64,000 nt of DNA from Lingula anatina (GCA_051362555.1 CM120642.1:27094001-27158000); one strand, 5' to 3'. Shown: positions 1-15,366, numbered from the stretch's first letter. Program-made: numbers and translations. The notes: generated by a model from the sequence alone, not told the origin.

Positions 1-144
1 CTGCACATGCATTGATCGCTGTGCAGCAGGTTTGTTTTGTAATAAAGTCAATACCCCTGGTTGTGCAGGGATCAAGTAAAGTTCATGCTGACCCGGCCTT
101 ACTACACATTTAGTTACTGGTTAGATAACATGCCGATTGATCTC

Positions 145-622
145 AGAGTTCAATAGGGCTTTTCTTCCCGCTCATAACTGATTAGTTCCTGGGCATAAAA
201 CACAACATGCTCTTAAATGCTTCACACCACTGTGACTTTGTACAGTGGCTCCATCTACATTTGAAACAGTGCAGTGATATGGATATATCACACTTTGGAG
301 TGCAGTCTTGCTTTAAATATCAAAATTACATGAATGGTGATTTGCTTAATTTGCATAAAGAGAAGGAAATTCTACATTAATTAAGAGTTCAATAGGGCTT
401 TTCTTCCCGCTCATAACTGATTAGTTCCTGGGCATAAAACACAACATGCTCTTAAATGCTTCACACCACTGTGACTTTGTACAGTGGCTCCATCTACATT
501 TGAAACAGTGCAGTGATATGGATATATCACACTTTGGAGTGCAGTCTTGCTTTAAATATCAAAATTACATGAATGGTGATTTGCTTAATTTGCATAAAGA
601 GAAGGAAATTCTACATTAATTA
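145..622. repeat. Perfect 239-bp tandem duplication (145-383 and 384-622)
   Basis: Unit starting AGAGTTCAATAGGGCTTTTCTTCCCG and ending CTACATTAATTA occurs twice back to back, with no differences seen. Confidence 0.95.
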
Positions 623-1940
623 AGAACTTAATTATAAAACTTTTTTTTGTCCTCTGATATAAAGAAATACCTTGGTGGAAGCACTGAAGGAACAAGGAGC
701 CAAACTTTCAATAAGAAATGACGGAAATGAAAATATGTGTCAACAATTTTTATCAAATTGGAAATTTCACAGTAAACTCTGTTTGCATATTTGAAAATTA
801 TTAAATCTGAAAATTTGATGGAAATTATCTACCAAATTTACACAAAAATGTTTCTTTTTTTCTTTTTATTTCTTCTTCTTGGTCTTGGTGACTATTGGTG
901 CTGGGTAATTTCCAATTCGTCCATCCAGACTAGTGCTTTCAATCTTTGGTGCTAATAATCAGCGACAAAAGCCAGTTAAATATTCACAGTATTCCTCATT
1001 CATAGCTTATGCCATGTGGGTCTCGCTGGTAAACAATCAGTGAACGAGCTGCGTCCAGTGATGAGTGTGTTCATCTCCACAGAGCGCCACTCCAATCAAT
1101 ACTGCTGTAATTACAGTCTAACAGCAGGCTACTGTTGGAATAATCTATACACCAGGTACTTATACCCATAGGCAATCACTATGCACTGAACGTACTCGAC
1201 GTATATCGCACATTACCGAGTTGTTAACAAAAAAGAGCAACTGTAGTGTAGTAGAAACACACCTTGTTTTTAGTGATTGTGCCATATGAGTGGCCATATA
1301 TTAACAATGGCCATATCTTTATGTAGCAGTTTTCTTCTTTGTGTTCAAATGGTCACTTTACTTCTTTCATATGCCCTTCCCTCACTCCTTTACATTCATC
1401 TCCTTCCTCCTCTCTATTAAATAATTACCATTTAAATCTGTATTTTGTTCTGCATTTTGGTATACAGTATGTAAAAGAGTAAAGCTAGATCAGATATGTA
1501 TATCAATTTCAAATGAAAAGCAGCAGGAAGTAACACAGTACATACACATAATTTCCCCATTGTACCGTCAATAGTGCATAACAAATGACCGTGTTGCTCT
1601 CTCATGTATGCCTTATCTGCCATCCTCTAAATGTATAATTTATCGGCCAGTGAATCAAATTATGTTACCATAAGTCAAGGCTCCCCTCAAGAGGACAGCA
1701 AATGATAACAGGCTCCTTCAATTCATAGGCCGTGGAAAAAAAGCACATAAATATGGTCAATTACAGCCCACTTCACATATAAGTCAGTGTTGAATATACC
1801 CGGTTAATTATCGGCAATTTAGATATTAATGTCACTGTGGCGTGCCACCAAGACTGTGGTCCTTAGCAAGTGGCATTAAATAGGCTTGTTAATCTACTTG
1901 CTAAAACAGTTGATTTCAAACTAAGAATAAAGTATTGTAT

Positions 1941-2201
1941 CAGTGGCAGATTTGTGGGGGGGGGGGTTTCAGGGAGGTCCTGACCCCCCACCCCCCCACC
2001 CCCCCTTCGATTTCTAAAAAAAATCACACTACTGGTCCCCCTTGAAATTAGAATTTTGACTGGCTGAACCATGGTTCTAAACCATACCAAATGACACCGT
2101 GGGCCCTCTAATATACCAAACCCCATGCCAAAGAGGGGGGAGGGTCGGCTTTGCGTCCGAGGACACCCCCCCCCCTTTCAATAATCCTGGATTCGCCCCT
2201 G
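1941..2201. mobile_element. Non-autonomous DNA transposon (MITE) with CAG...CTG termini, hAT-like, 5-bp TSD
   Basis: Imperfect TIRs CAGTGGCAGATT / GATTCGCCCCTG; flanked by TGTAT on both sides (1936-1940, 2202-2206); internal G/C runs. Confidence 0.7.
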
Positions 2202-3631
2202 TGTATCATACGTCTGTATTCTGCAATATAGCTGGGTAAATCAAGTCACTTAGATACAGGAGTTATGTTGTTGGCATATGATCCTTGTCTAGCATACATC
2301 ATAACATATTGTGCCAGTTTGCAATGAGGTGCCTAATATTGAAATTTTAAAGAAGTATTTGGGTTTTAAAAAAGTATCCTTAAAAGCAATATAATTTTTT
2401 TTTTTACCTAATGAAAAAAGCGCATGTTTTTGAACAGATCTTCAAATGTTACCAAACAAACATTGTTGTTCACTTCAGCAAAACAGTACTATATGGCTTC
2501 TTTGAAACAACAATTTTTATAAACATCTGTTGCATATTATCATTTGAACAAAGAAGCAGTAAAAAAATGTTTACTAAAAAACAAACAAACAAACAAACAA
2601 ACAAAAAACTAACTGCATGATTTTGAACCTAAAACACAAGTGGAATATTTTTTTAATTGGACTTCATGCTTATCTGAGTATCTGCGTGTCATTAATTTGG
2701 ACAAGGTGCATCAGTGATGGCAAGTTTTATCTCTGCATCACAACAGATTTCTCACCATGAGCAGTTAATCCACTTGGAAATATCCAGCCCGATAATTGAA
2801 TATCTCAACAAAAGTGTTCCTGGGATAAGGCTCACCTAGGAGGCTTCTTACCAGACAGATAATTAACTGTTGAGACAGTGTGGCAGACCCATGATATAAT
2901 ACATGGATGAAAAGATAGTGTTTTGATGATGCAAATCTATAATACATGAGCAAGTGCACAGTGCTTGCATTTCACCATTGACAGACTGCAATTTCTGTGT
3001 CATAACTGATCTTTGCAGTTCACTACTGATTTATAAAGACAGATAGACCATTGATTTATAAACACAGGCAGAGCACTCAGGTTGGGCCATTTACTACAGA
3101 CAATCTGAGCAGGTGAAGTGACCCCATTCTTGCACCTGAAAGCCCACTTTCGAAAGCTTCACTGAAACTGGCCAGTCATTTTGCTCAGTGGATTTGATGT
3201 TCACCAATAATTGTTCTGATTTAAAAGTAATGGTAATAAACAGAGAGAAAAAGATATTACATAACAGAAGATAAAATAAAAAAATGACTGAACACTGAAA
3301 TAGAATTCCAAAGATGTTAAATTTCATGGAATATGATATAAATCATATTTCCTAGGTCTAATTCCTTATGGGAATCGCTTACACATTTAATGTCTTTTCA
3401 CAACCACATTTAAATGTCATAGAAAATGACATGGCAAATTGCATGCACCTTTTTTTTCTTCAGACACTCACAACAGGAAGCAGCTTCAAGTGAGAGTGTA
3501 GTGAGTGTTAAAAACATAAACAGTTCTCACTCAGTACAAGTGGCTTTTCAGCCTTCATGGAAAAGCCCTTGCACATCTTATATTTCTTTTCATAAAATAC
3601 AATGAAATGTAATAAATATCACACTACTTAC

Positions 3632-6600
3632 CGCATTAGGCATTATCAGCTTCAATTGAGCCTTGTTCCGCACAGTTCCATTCACTAAGGGGACGTCTGC
3701 TTTTTGAACTGTCGGATCTTCCACAGGTTTCCCCGACTCTTCCCTGGGTGCTCTGCTTTTCTCCTGGGTTCCAGTGGCAGATCGACCATGTTTGCGGTTT
3801 TTTGAAGACAAAGTTGGTGAAGTGAAGGCATTGGCAACAGCAGTTTCAGATTGAGAAGACCTTTGAGTCCGTTTTGGTGACTTAGAGGAGGAGTCGCTGG
3901 TGGAACGAGGACGTTTTCTATGATGCTTGCCGTCCCGTTCCCTGTGGTGATTATTACTACTGCTACTCACATGGTGCTTTGTGGCTGATGAATTGTCAGT
4001 GACTGGTTCTTTAGACTGGGACGATGACTTGCGGTCCTCTTGATGATGACTCCTAGAATCCCCGCCTCCCTGCCATCCAGCTGGATGATGGGAACACTTG
4101 GTTCCACCAAATTTTGTCCCATTTTCTTTCACATCGCGTCTTTCTTCGTCGCGTAATCGCACGCCATTTTTGCCTGCCAGTTGCTGCACTTGCTGAGGCG
4201 GTGGGAATAAGTTACTTGGAGGTTTTGTGGCCACTGGTGTCGCGGGCATGCTCTGCACACCTATCAGATTTTTGGCCTCTCGCGAGTGTAGCGTCTGCTG
4301 CACAAAGTCATAGTCTCCCAGAACGTTTTTGATCTGTTGTGTAGTGGAATCTTCTCGTACGATCTAAAATAGTAATAATAAAAAATTTTACTGACTACAT
4401 GATGACATTCTTTAATCAGAGTGTCCTATGACCAACTTCTTTTTTTCAAACCTTGAATTTCTCTCCTTTTTTATTGGGGGAGGGCAGCTGTTTCATCCAC
4501 TAGTGTCAGATCAGACTAAATAAAGAGTCTTCGTAGAATTTTTGACACTTTCTATTGAATTAATAAAACTGAAACCTACTGTTTACACATTTACGTTCTT
4601 TAAATTTGATTTTAAAAAAATAAACACAGACATTGGGAATAGGTCTGGTGCTGTGTTTCTGTTGATTCTGGTTTTGTGATATTAGCAAAGAGCAGACGGT
4701 TTCATTATTTAACCTCCTGTCTAGACACAACAGTCTGCTGCCACACATCACCTGCCGTCTATTTTCCTGGGACTATATTCACAATATTATTAATACAGTC
4801 TGTGTCACAAACTCTACAGCTTCTTGGCCATGAGGACCACCAGTTTCGTATCTAGAATCAACTGGTCCAAATTAAGATTCACTGGTCCAAATGAAAATTC
4901 CAGTCAGACCGGACATCTATCCATATTACAAATTGATTCTTGTAATAACAAGACCTTGATTTTGTCAAATCTTACTGGAGCACTTTCCCTGTGGAGACAC
5001 ATTCAAAAATATTTAAGGAAAATTGTGGAAATAGTTGAATTTTTTAATTAATGAAAAGATCAACTGGCTGTGTCAGATCACTTAATTCACACGTTCTGAA
5101 AAATCTTCTGGTTCACATGAAATTTTTACTGGCCATGGGCATTGAACCAGTTGCTAACTTGGCAGACTGTTAATACTTTTAGTCTTCATTTTTAGGCCAA
5201 AAGCTCCATCTACTTTGACTCAGTATAAAAATACCAGCACGTGACTCTGATAAACTAGACGTCCTTATGCAACGCTAAAGATACAGTTATACAAGCATGC
5301 ACATTTTACTTATGCAAAAATGATTATCACATAGGAACTTATGCAAAAAATGATTCTCACATAGAAAATTATGTATGAATGTATCCCAAGCAAAGAATCA
5401 CACTTAGTTTCCAAATTTACAATCTCTCACAAGTAACATTTATCAGAGATGAGGCTACAGGTGTTATTGGTTTTAGTTGTCTCAAGATCTTAAGCTATTT
5501 GGTCAAAACAACTTCTACTTAAACTTTGGAATTTCCATATCTGCCTGCACCATATTTCACCCAATCAGTTTTTTCTTGGAGAGGGCTTAACTTCACTCAA
5601 CCATGATAGCGCATTTTCAGAGAAAAGAAATCCATAATTCATTCAGAGGGATGAAAGTTCATTAACCCAAATCCAGTAAATATTTTGTTCTGCATTGACA
5701 ATGAGTGACTTGTACCTGACATGGCTGCTGATAGTAATCTGATAAATAACTGGCTTAAGTTAATGAATAATTGAAAATACAATAGCAGTGTCATCACAGG
5801 GCAATGTTTACCTTTTTAAGTGGTATCAGCACTCTATCCACCATTGCACCTCAGGTTTTAGGGGCTCATACTTTATTATTTATTTATTTACTTATTCATT
5901 ATTTATTTATTTTTGAAACCTCAGATATCCCCTAGCATATCAAACTATCATATATAAAACAAACATGGAGGTCCAAGAAGGCTAAGACTCACTCATAACA
6001 ACCTCCTAATTTTCCTCCAAATTTTCACAAATCACATATTTAACACAAACAAATCAGTTTCAATTTTTTTTTTTTATCTTATTTGTCCCATTGCTCACTG
6101 AGATCACTTCTGGTGTGACTTCCTAGTATACAGGTAGTATCACATTAGTGGCCGAGTTCTCCAAGGTGGCAGTGGAAACTAGGGCTTCTTGTTATTTATA
6201 CCTTTAGGCCCATGCACGTACAAGTGATTATCTGGAGAACACCAAGAGAATGTGCAGCCTGCCCCAACAACAGGTGTAGCTCAGTAGCTGTTACTGCTTC
6301 AAATCATACACTTTCAATAAGGAAGTGAACATTGATATGCCTGTTTATCACACTAAACTAATCTGGAAGTCAAAGGCAAGTGCTTTTCTTGCAGTCTTCC
6401 ACTCCTTTTAATAGCCTGTCAGATGAACTGTCTTGATGATGGTTTTTAACAAGCCATGGTTCAATGACCCCAAGAGATCATGAGTACAAAATTAGATCAC
6501 ATAGAACCTGAAATAGAAAGTGCTTCGACCGAGTAACATAGGATAACTGGCATACACAGGAATATTCTATAACAAGAAGCTTATGTGAGGTTTTAAGTAC

Positions 6601-9050
6601 ACAGACTTAGTATATACATCTAAATTTCCAGTGAGCTATCAGTGAGCTATAAGGTGTCACTATCAAATACCAAAACTATGTTAAATGACATTAGATACTA
6701 GAATACTTCATGTAAATTCAATGGATGAACAAGCTGGAACTGCATGTAAACTGAACAAAACTCCTCTTACTTGTGACCTCCAGGGTGACGAACCTGGATG
6801 AACTGCATGTGATCTATAGGATATAAACACTATAACTACACGTGACCCTATGTCAACTTTTCTGGAAATTTTTGGAAAAAAAAAACTGAAACTGCCTGTA
6901 ACCCCAAGGGTGAACAAACTGGAACCATACCTATTCTATACCTACTCCCTACAGACCACCTTATGAGACAGTGGCAGATGTGCAATATGACTCAAATCCT
7001 CAATGAAGTAGACCAACATTAAATGGGCCAATAAATCCAAAGTGGCATTACAGTATGAGACCATTCCCAGAGACTATCGTACTAACTTTGGATTGAACTA
7101 TCTCCAAGGGGATTCTCCCTAAATTGCAATTAACTTAAGTACCTTAGATGTCTGTCATGCCTACTGAAGCTGATAAGGGGTAAATAACTATTGTTTAGAA
7201 GCTTTAGTAGGCATCCCAGACATCAAAGCCACTTAAGCTGAAAGCAATTTAGTAAGAAACCCCATGGAGATGGACTGACCCTGTTAGATTGATCTAAGGA
7301 TGGGAACCCAGTCTATGGTTTCCAGGGCTTGTTGGGGTTGAGACAGGAGGAAAAAAACTGGCCATTTCATTCTATTAATTATTTTCCTGAAATATCTTTT
7401 TTCGTGACTTGTATATCCAAGTAACTTTCCGTACTTGTAATTTTATCAGTCCCTATAATATGAAGAACACTGGGCTAACACTCACATAGAGATAAATCCT
7501 TAAATCACTAGTCCCTACCCCAAATATTGTAAACAAGGGCATTTCTTAGAATCTATTTTTTTCATCTGTAAATAAAAACAACTGAGAACTGAAAAGGGGA
7601 GGAAATATCTGTCATGTCCACCTGACTTCATATCCACAGCTCCAGGCATTTATTTCAACTTACACAACGCAAAAGTTTGCCTGGAAGTGATATTATGACT
7701 AAAAGATGACCACAGACACAATACAAAGGTGGTTCACTAGGTACTCCTTGTCTTTTACCTTTAGTGATCTTAAAATTGGATACAGGCCAAGAGTACAGTG
7801 ATTTTTCTCCAATCAACAGCCAAGATAGAACTTGTTTACCTCCAATATTTTGATATCTCTCTTGAGCATCTTCACCAGGGAATGAGGCTATCCAAATGGA
7901 CAGCCTCTATTCGGGAGATATATTTGCATCACCCCCCCCCCCCCTTTTCTACATGTCTTACTTCTTCTCTGGATATACACCAAGGTCCAAAACATACTTC
8001 TCAATAGAAATATTTTTACCATTTACATCTCCTCTGGTAAGTTTGTCACACTCACTCGTTAATTGACCTTGCACTCTTCAGCGTTACATGCATACATGAA
8101 TGTTTCCTTCATTAAATATCAATGAATCCAGTTAATTCATAACGATGACAAATGCCATGCCATATTTTTATATAGACCTTGTTCGTAAGAGTCTCAATAA
8201 ACATGAATCTAACAGCTTGATCATACATAATAGAGCAGCGAAAGCAAAATAGCAATAAGATATTTATCACTTTGATTTCCCATTCACTTTTTTTTTTCAA
8301 TGCAGCAGTGGTTATGAAATTCACAGCTACACCTGTCGTGTTCACACAGGTGAGCATGCTACCTCGAGTGCAATCTAAGTCAGAGTGACATCCTTGAAGC
8401 ACTTTGTTATATTAGTCACATTGGAATTATAGACATCGTTTTTATTTTATTACTTTTTTCACACTGTTCCATGTAACATAACTAAATTTCAAAACCAGCT
8501 TGATCATATCTTGCTTGCTAGCCTTATAAATGTTCCAACAGGGTCTGACCTTCATTTGTCTTCACACAGAATAGATGGCGCCAATAATATGGAAGCTAAT
8601 CTGGTCTGCGGAATGTGATGTACTTCACAGCTATATTTGTTCAACGAAGTCGAAATTAGCCCACCCAAAACACGGATGAAACACTGACATGGATACTTTA
8701 TGCAAGACTTCCTTTATATTTTAGTTTGCTTTTTTCCCATACACAGATATATTACAACAAATTTTTGGCATGTATTTTCTGTCACCTTATTGAATATTTC
8801 AAGCAAATATTCTTTGGTGCAATTGAAAAAAAAAAGCTAACAGTAAAACTGCTTTATCCCAAATGTGCCAAAAAAATTTTTTAATGCAATACTAGGTTAT
8901 AAATGTACCTATCAATGAATATGGTTTGTTCATTCTCATTAACCTGTACATAGTAATACATGAGTAAGAGTACACCTGACAGCTTGATATCATTTCAATT
9001 ATTTTATGGCAACTGACAAGAGCCTGCAAGTCTGGACCTCAAGTAATTTA

Positions 9051-9104
<54 letters not shown>

Positions 9105-12100
9105 GGGCTAACACTGAGATCTCTTGAAACAGTTAATACATGAAAACATATTCTATTATATACATTAGAAAACAATGCTGATATTAGTGTTTGATAAACT
9201 GAAGTCCATTTCACAACAGAGGTTCAGACTGAAAAACATGTCAAACTTTTAGACAGGAAATTAGTATCATAAACACCATCTTCTTCCTTTTATAAAACAG
9301 GTGCAACGTTTCATTGAAATGGCCTTAAAGTCATATAATTATACTGATTAAAATTGGGCCAAAAATCCACTGAATAATTTGGTCTAAAAATTAAGACTAA
9401 CTCAAAGAGTAGTGATAAAATTTGTAATATGCTGACCTTGACCGGAATGCCAAAGAGAGGCTGTTGGATCTGTCCCTCCTTCTTCTGCTGGTGGCATGCC
9501 TCAAGCCTGGCCAGTCTGGCTTGTTCCCTCTGTGCTTCACGATCATTACTACTGAAAGTAGAAAACAATGAAAAAAATATCAGGCCCACAGCTACACAAT
9601 GTCAAGTTTCCATGTAGTTGCTATGCAAGTCTTTGTTTTATCTTTCACTGAACAATGTATGGAACCATTGCCAATAATGGCCATTCAGTTGTAAAGAATA
9701 GACAAAGAATAAAATCATCAGGTCAATGTAAACAAATCCAGATTTCTGAGTTCCACAATTTTTGTAAGTACCTGAAATTATAAAATAGAAAGCCAATGAC
9801 AATCTGGAAAAGTGTCAGGCATAGGAGTGATTAAAGAAGCAAAACATATAATCAGGTTCCAATTTCTGTACCTCATAACTTGTAAAACAAATCAGGCACT
9901 GTATATGCATGAAACAAGAAGAGAAGACGGCATCAGGGCTCCGTAACTCAAAAGCATCGCAAATTGCGAAAAGCGATATCACCTTTTATTTCGAGGCTAT
10001 TATAAGGGGCGAGTATGGGCGAGTTATGGAAGCGAGATGCTTGCGCTCGGTCGCAATGTGCGATGCTTTAGAGTTACGGGGCCCAGGTCTACAAAGCACC
10101 AAGCGGCCCAGTCAGAATGAGTTATGTCAACCTAACTAAAGCTCAACGACTCCACAGGGACTCTTGCTGAATACAATCAGATTAATAGCCTAATTCACCT
10201 CCTCTTGTCTCTGTGGAGTTTGTGCACCTTAGCTAGGTGGACATTACTCATTCTGAACAGTTCTTTAGACTGGTATGTTATCCCTGTTGACTCCTCTTCA
10301 AGACTCCAATTAAATTGAATGCTACTGATTCAACAGTGATCAATCATAACTTGATGGACAAAAGAAAGAAGGAATTCCCAGGTCAATGTTGAATCGAGGC
10401 GACAACTATTAACTGAACCCAATGCCTGTGTTTCTAAATAAAGCAAAACTTGCGTCAGTAATGGTCATAGTAATGGAAATTGCCACTTTTCTCCACTTTT
10501 ATTTCAATTTTCTATGTTGTTATTTCATCTCTCTGAACACCTGAAGGTTTTAGTTACCCCAAAGCTGGTCTTAGAAAAGACTTTAGTGAACCTAACTAAG
10601 GTGCATTTATTAAAAAGAAGCTTATAGGCTCACCACCGACAAAATAAAGACCAGAATCTAAATTCAGCATCATCTGGAGATGGCCATGTTACTGGAAAGG
10701 GCAACGGCCACTGTTTGTCTATTTGTGTTTCTTTGTTGCTATTTCAACTCAGTGCAAAAATCCTGCCATAAGGTCAAGCCTATGGAAAGACTCTTACATT
10801 ACCAGTATGGTTAATATATTTGATCCCACGTTCCAATATGAAACAATCAAATAACAGCAGCAATCTGTAGGAGGGTACATCAGCAGTGGTGTAAGATTAA
10901 TGGGCCTTGCATGCAGACAGACTGGTTGAAGTCAGGTCGATGGCACATCAACACAAAATGAATTACAAGTTTGAGCAATTCCAGCAAACAGTTTGCTTAT
11001 AATAACTTATTGTGCACAATCTACAGGTTAGAGTTTGTCACTGGAACTATCTATCTAATGACCTTTTATAAACCTGCACATCTGGAATGCTATCAGTCGT
11101 ATAATAGCCTCATTGTGTCATAACATTTTAAAACATAGAATAACTATGTAGCATAGAAGATATATCACTAAATGACACAAATAAAGACAGCTCAAACAGA
11201 AGACAAATTGTCCCTTTATTTTCCTGAACATAAACCTGTCCTTTGGAGAAAATTTTACTACTGAAACACCAATAACATGCCTCAGATCCAGTTCAACCTG
11301 AACTTCCACTATGTAAATAATGATTAATCAATAGAAAAACATTGGACCAGCGTGTGCTTCCCCTTTCCGTGGCCCTGCGGGTTTCCTGCTCAGATTTTTT
11401 TTCCTTTTCTCTTCGATCATACATTAAATACAAGGCAACCTACTGCAGCAGTTACCTGCACCAGTGAAGATTGGAAGGAAACGCTGTAAATTACTTCTGC
11501 TAATGGATAATTAACACCCCAATGAAAAACCAATTGCTGTCTGTCGTTGGGGAAATATCTCTTTTAATGAGGCACTTCTCTCAAACTCAATAAAACAGTT
11601 GAAATTTGCCCACCTAAGCCAAGCTGCACTCTATTCACCCAGGTGACCTACTGCTGGGCTGGTGACTAGTTCATATTACTATTACTACATCAATGTCACA
11701 CAGATTGCAAGCCCTTCACTTGGGAATAACGATATTCATGCTTTTTTTTTCTCAAGAATTTCATTAGATCAAGATTATCACGTCAATTGCTTGGTGTGAG
11801 CGGATGCACTCAAAGCAAGGGCTGCAAAAAGCTAGGCAGCAAAAGAGCCAAGGTCTTTTCTGAACAGGAAATAGATCAAATATTGTGCAGTCTTCAATCC
11901 CTACTTTCCATGATTTATTCATCAATGAGTTGTAATTTTTTCTAAAGAAATCTTTTTACCAAAAAAAAAAAAGGAAAAAAAAATCTTAAGACTGACTCCA
12001 GTTTCACCATTTTACTAAAAAACATCAAAGAGAACAAGAGACGGACTTCTCTTCTTTGCTTGTGACCAATATCTTGGAGCTATGGAAATATTATACACCA

Positions 12101-15100
12101 AACATGAAGAGATGCATAAACACTGTCGTCAGCAAAGTACTTAATCCCTAGATGTCACCAGTCATCTTGGATGTCACCAGTCTAAGCATGTGCAGACCTT
12201 ACAAATGAATTGCCCTTTTAAACGTCCATTATCATACCTTGTCAGTGGGCTATTCTTTTCAACAGAAGCAGATTGGGATGAACATGATATCCAGCTATAA
12301 AACGGCATCTGCAGCATAATCCCAAACCAATTGCTGGCCTATACAATTTCCATTAGGCAATCCAGGGGCAGAAAATCACATGGCTTGTTTTGTTTCACTA
12401 CAGATACGTACATGGTGATTTACTGCATACCACATAAGTACTCAGCAGACAATCTTTAAAATTTATAAGACAAGCTAACCCATAAACATCAGACCACAAA
12501 ATCTTTCCATATGTATAAATGTATAATATATAAACACGATTATCAATATTATAAGTGCAATCACCTTATGCTAAAACAAAGAGTTAATGGATAAGGCTGT
12601 GTGCAATTATAAAATGCTTGTTTCGTACTAACATCTTGCTACATTTAATTCTCCAGTAAAAAGATAACCAATACCACACATGTAAATTGCAAAACAAAAA
12701 AATGGATTACATCATTACAAAGACATAATACTCTACCAAAAGAAATACCAATTTTTCTATCAATAACAACAAAATAATATCAAAGTTAACATGTCTGCAT
12801 GTTAAACAGTCAGGAAAAAATTGCCACTTCATTCTCCTGGTGCTTGCCCTGAATTGAACTGGCCTTTCATAACTACCACATGTCTGCAAGTGAGCAAGTG
12901 ATCCAAAACAACGAGTATAACCTAAATCACAGAGGGCATATTCAGAACAGTGGACTAACGGATCCACAAATCAAGTATGGCCGACCCACTTCGATTCTTG
13001 TTGCATAATACCTGTGGGAAATCTATTCAGTCTCTAATCGGGAATTAAACAACAAGCTTTTAGTGGGTCCCCATTTTTGATCCACGAATCTGTAAGTCTG
13101 AATGTTCTGAATGCGTTCCAAGTGATCCGAAATAATTGACGATTACCTAAGTCACTGAGGCAATACATGGAATATACAGGTTTCTATACAAGTCTTCTAC
13201 ATGAAATAAATATAATAACAAAAATAAAATAATAATGATGACATAAGATAAAAGTCAATGGTTGCCTTAAGAAGTGTGGATGCAAGCCAAATCAGGGTTT
13301 ACTGGATCACAGTTAACTTGCCAGTTGATCTTAACATATGATAAAATGGCACTCAAATAACTTTATATATAGTCTCCCATAGATGCTTGTTTGTTCCAAA
13401 GCAAATTTCATTACAGCACTGTCTGGTATTCTATTAATTACTGATGGGATAATGTGTTAGACAGAACAAGGATCGAGGTCTAGTAATTGGTAAACCAGGG
13501 TCTTAACCAGCAGATGTTACATCCCCTCAACCTTGACACAGATTCTACACCAGGGCTTGACATGATCTTTTTGGGGGGCACTTGGGGGGGGGGGGAGGAA
13601 TTTTTTTTAAATCAAATCATTTTAAATAGCGTCTGTTACAATAACTTAAGTTGAGGGAGTCCTCAGAAAATCTTGAAATTTAGAAAGTAATAGGTGTATT
13701 TTGGTGGCTTCTCCACCCAGAAAATTACAATAGTTATCAGGGCTTGACATAACCTATTTTCAGGCCTGAAATTTTACTTGTCCTAACCCCAAATCAAAAT
13801 TATAAAAAAAATATCCCAGCATCTGGAAACAGTGTTTTTCAATCTGTAAAAATGCAATGTGCATTGTTGCTTCCTTTACAAACAGCAACCATCAGGCTAA
13901 TAGATAATATAATATTTATCACGACAGTATTGAATAAGTCATATAATTGAGAAGTCAATTTTTGCTGCCCGATTTTGGTAAGAGAGTCATCTACACACAT
14001 ACCACCACCCACTCCACCAACATGGCCATTTATCTGTATTTATTCTAATTGATCCAAACAGTTGGAAGTGAATCTGAGAAAGAGAACACAATAAAACCCT
14101 TGAAGTGTAGTAATTACATGTTAAAATATTGCAATACATGTAAGTATACCACACAATGTGAAAAGTGCCTTGGGCTCTTGGCGAGAATAAACTTTGTCAA
14201 CTTCAATTCTTAGAAGTGCTTGCTAGGACCAATGTTTGGTCTTTGGATGGCATTTTTCTTAACACGTAAGCATTTCTCTATTATATGGTGCTTAAATTTT
14301 ATTTGTCTTTCCACAACATTGCTTACAGCACTGGAATATCAGCCTGGCCACCCTAATCCAATCAAACAAAGATTAGCAGACACAGGACAATGTGTATAAA
14401 TTATGTTTCATCTTCAAGGTCAATGTTCACTGCCCTCAGAGCAAGTGCAATCATGCTGGGTTTCGACAGGATGATTTAGTATTTGAATTTATAAATGAAT
14501 TGTACTTGAGGGCAACCAGTGAAACCTACCTTATCCAGGGTTGAAATCAAGGTTATAGACTGTTTACTACGACCAATAGAAAACACTGTTTAGTATACAA
14601 TGCATCTCAAGGAAGAAGAATAATGGTCAACAATCTATGATTCATTTCCTGTGGAATAATATCTCTAAAATTACTTCCTAGTAAATGTTAATATTTATAT
14701 ACTGGGACAAGTGCCATGTACAGTCCAAATTGTAATAATTTTTTCAGTCAAGTTGTGAAAGCATAACTTAGTGTACCATCTCAACAGACTGTGCGATTAC
14801 GGTTACTAACCACTGAAGCCAATCTTATCCCTCTATAGTACCACCCACTACCAAGCGGTAAGTCTAGTGCCATTGCACTGACCCCTATGGTTAGAAATAA
14901 TCATCACAAATGTTCTGCTGAGATAACAGAGAGATACCACAAAGTTAAGTCATCATGACGGGACTGGAAATGCACCATTGCATAATGCGCCGGCTCAGGC
15001 TTCATGTTACCAAGGCAGCAAAAATAAAGCGCACACAGGGGTAAAGAACCTCTTTAATAACTAACCTCATGTAATCTAAATGTCAGCCATAATATCTTAC

Positions 15101-15319
15101 AGACAGACATGGAACCTCCATCTCTCACAGCAGGATTGGATTCAACAAGATGTAAATTTCTATTTAGCCATTTTGCAAATTTTGCATACATAAAAATAGC
15201 TGGTTCATGCTTGCCTGTTGGAAGCAGCTATCATAAATCTTTTCCCTAGCACCCACAACATAGATCTATATGTCTGGAGTGCAATGACCAAAGCTTTCCA
15301 AGCACACTTTTTGGGGAGG

Positions 15320-15366
<47 letters not shown>

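Noticed and set aside
145-622. CRISPR-like array or prokaryotic features
   Set aside because: Only a two-copy tandem duplication with no spacer structure; the window is spliceosomal eukaryotic DNA.
866-951. Possible short terminal AFF exon (…PKIESTSLDGRIGNYPAPIVTKTKKKK*)
   Set aside because: Its phase does not fit exon 3, it has no AFF similarity and the pyrimidine tract is weak.
13552-13790. Two CAGGGCTTGACAT starts
   Set aside because: Look like hAT-MITE end fragments, but no matching opposite TIR or TSD could be defined.
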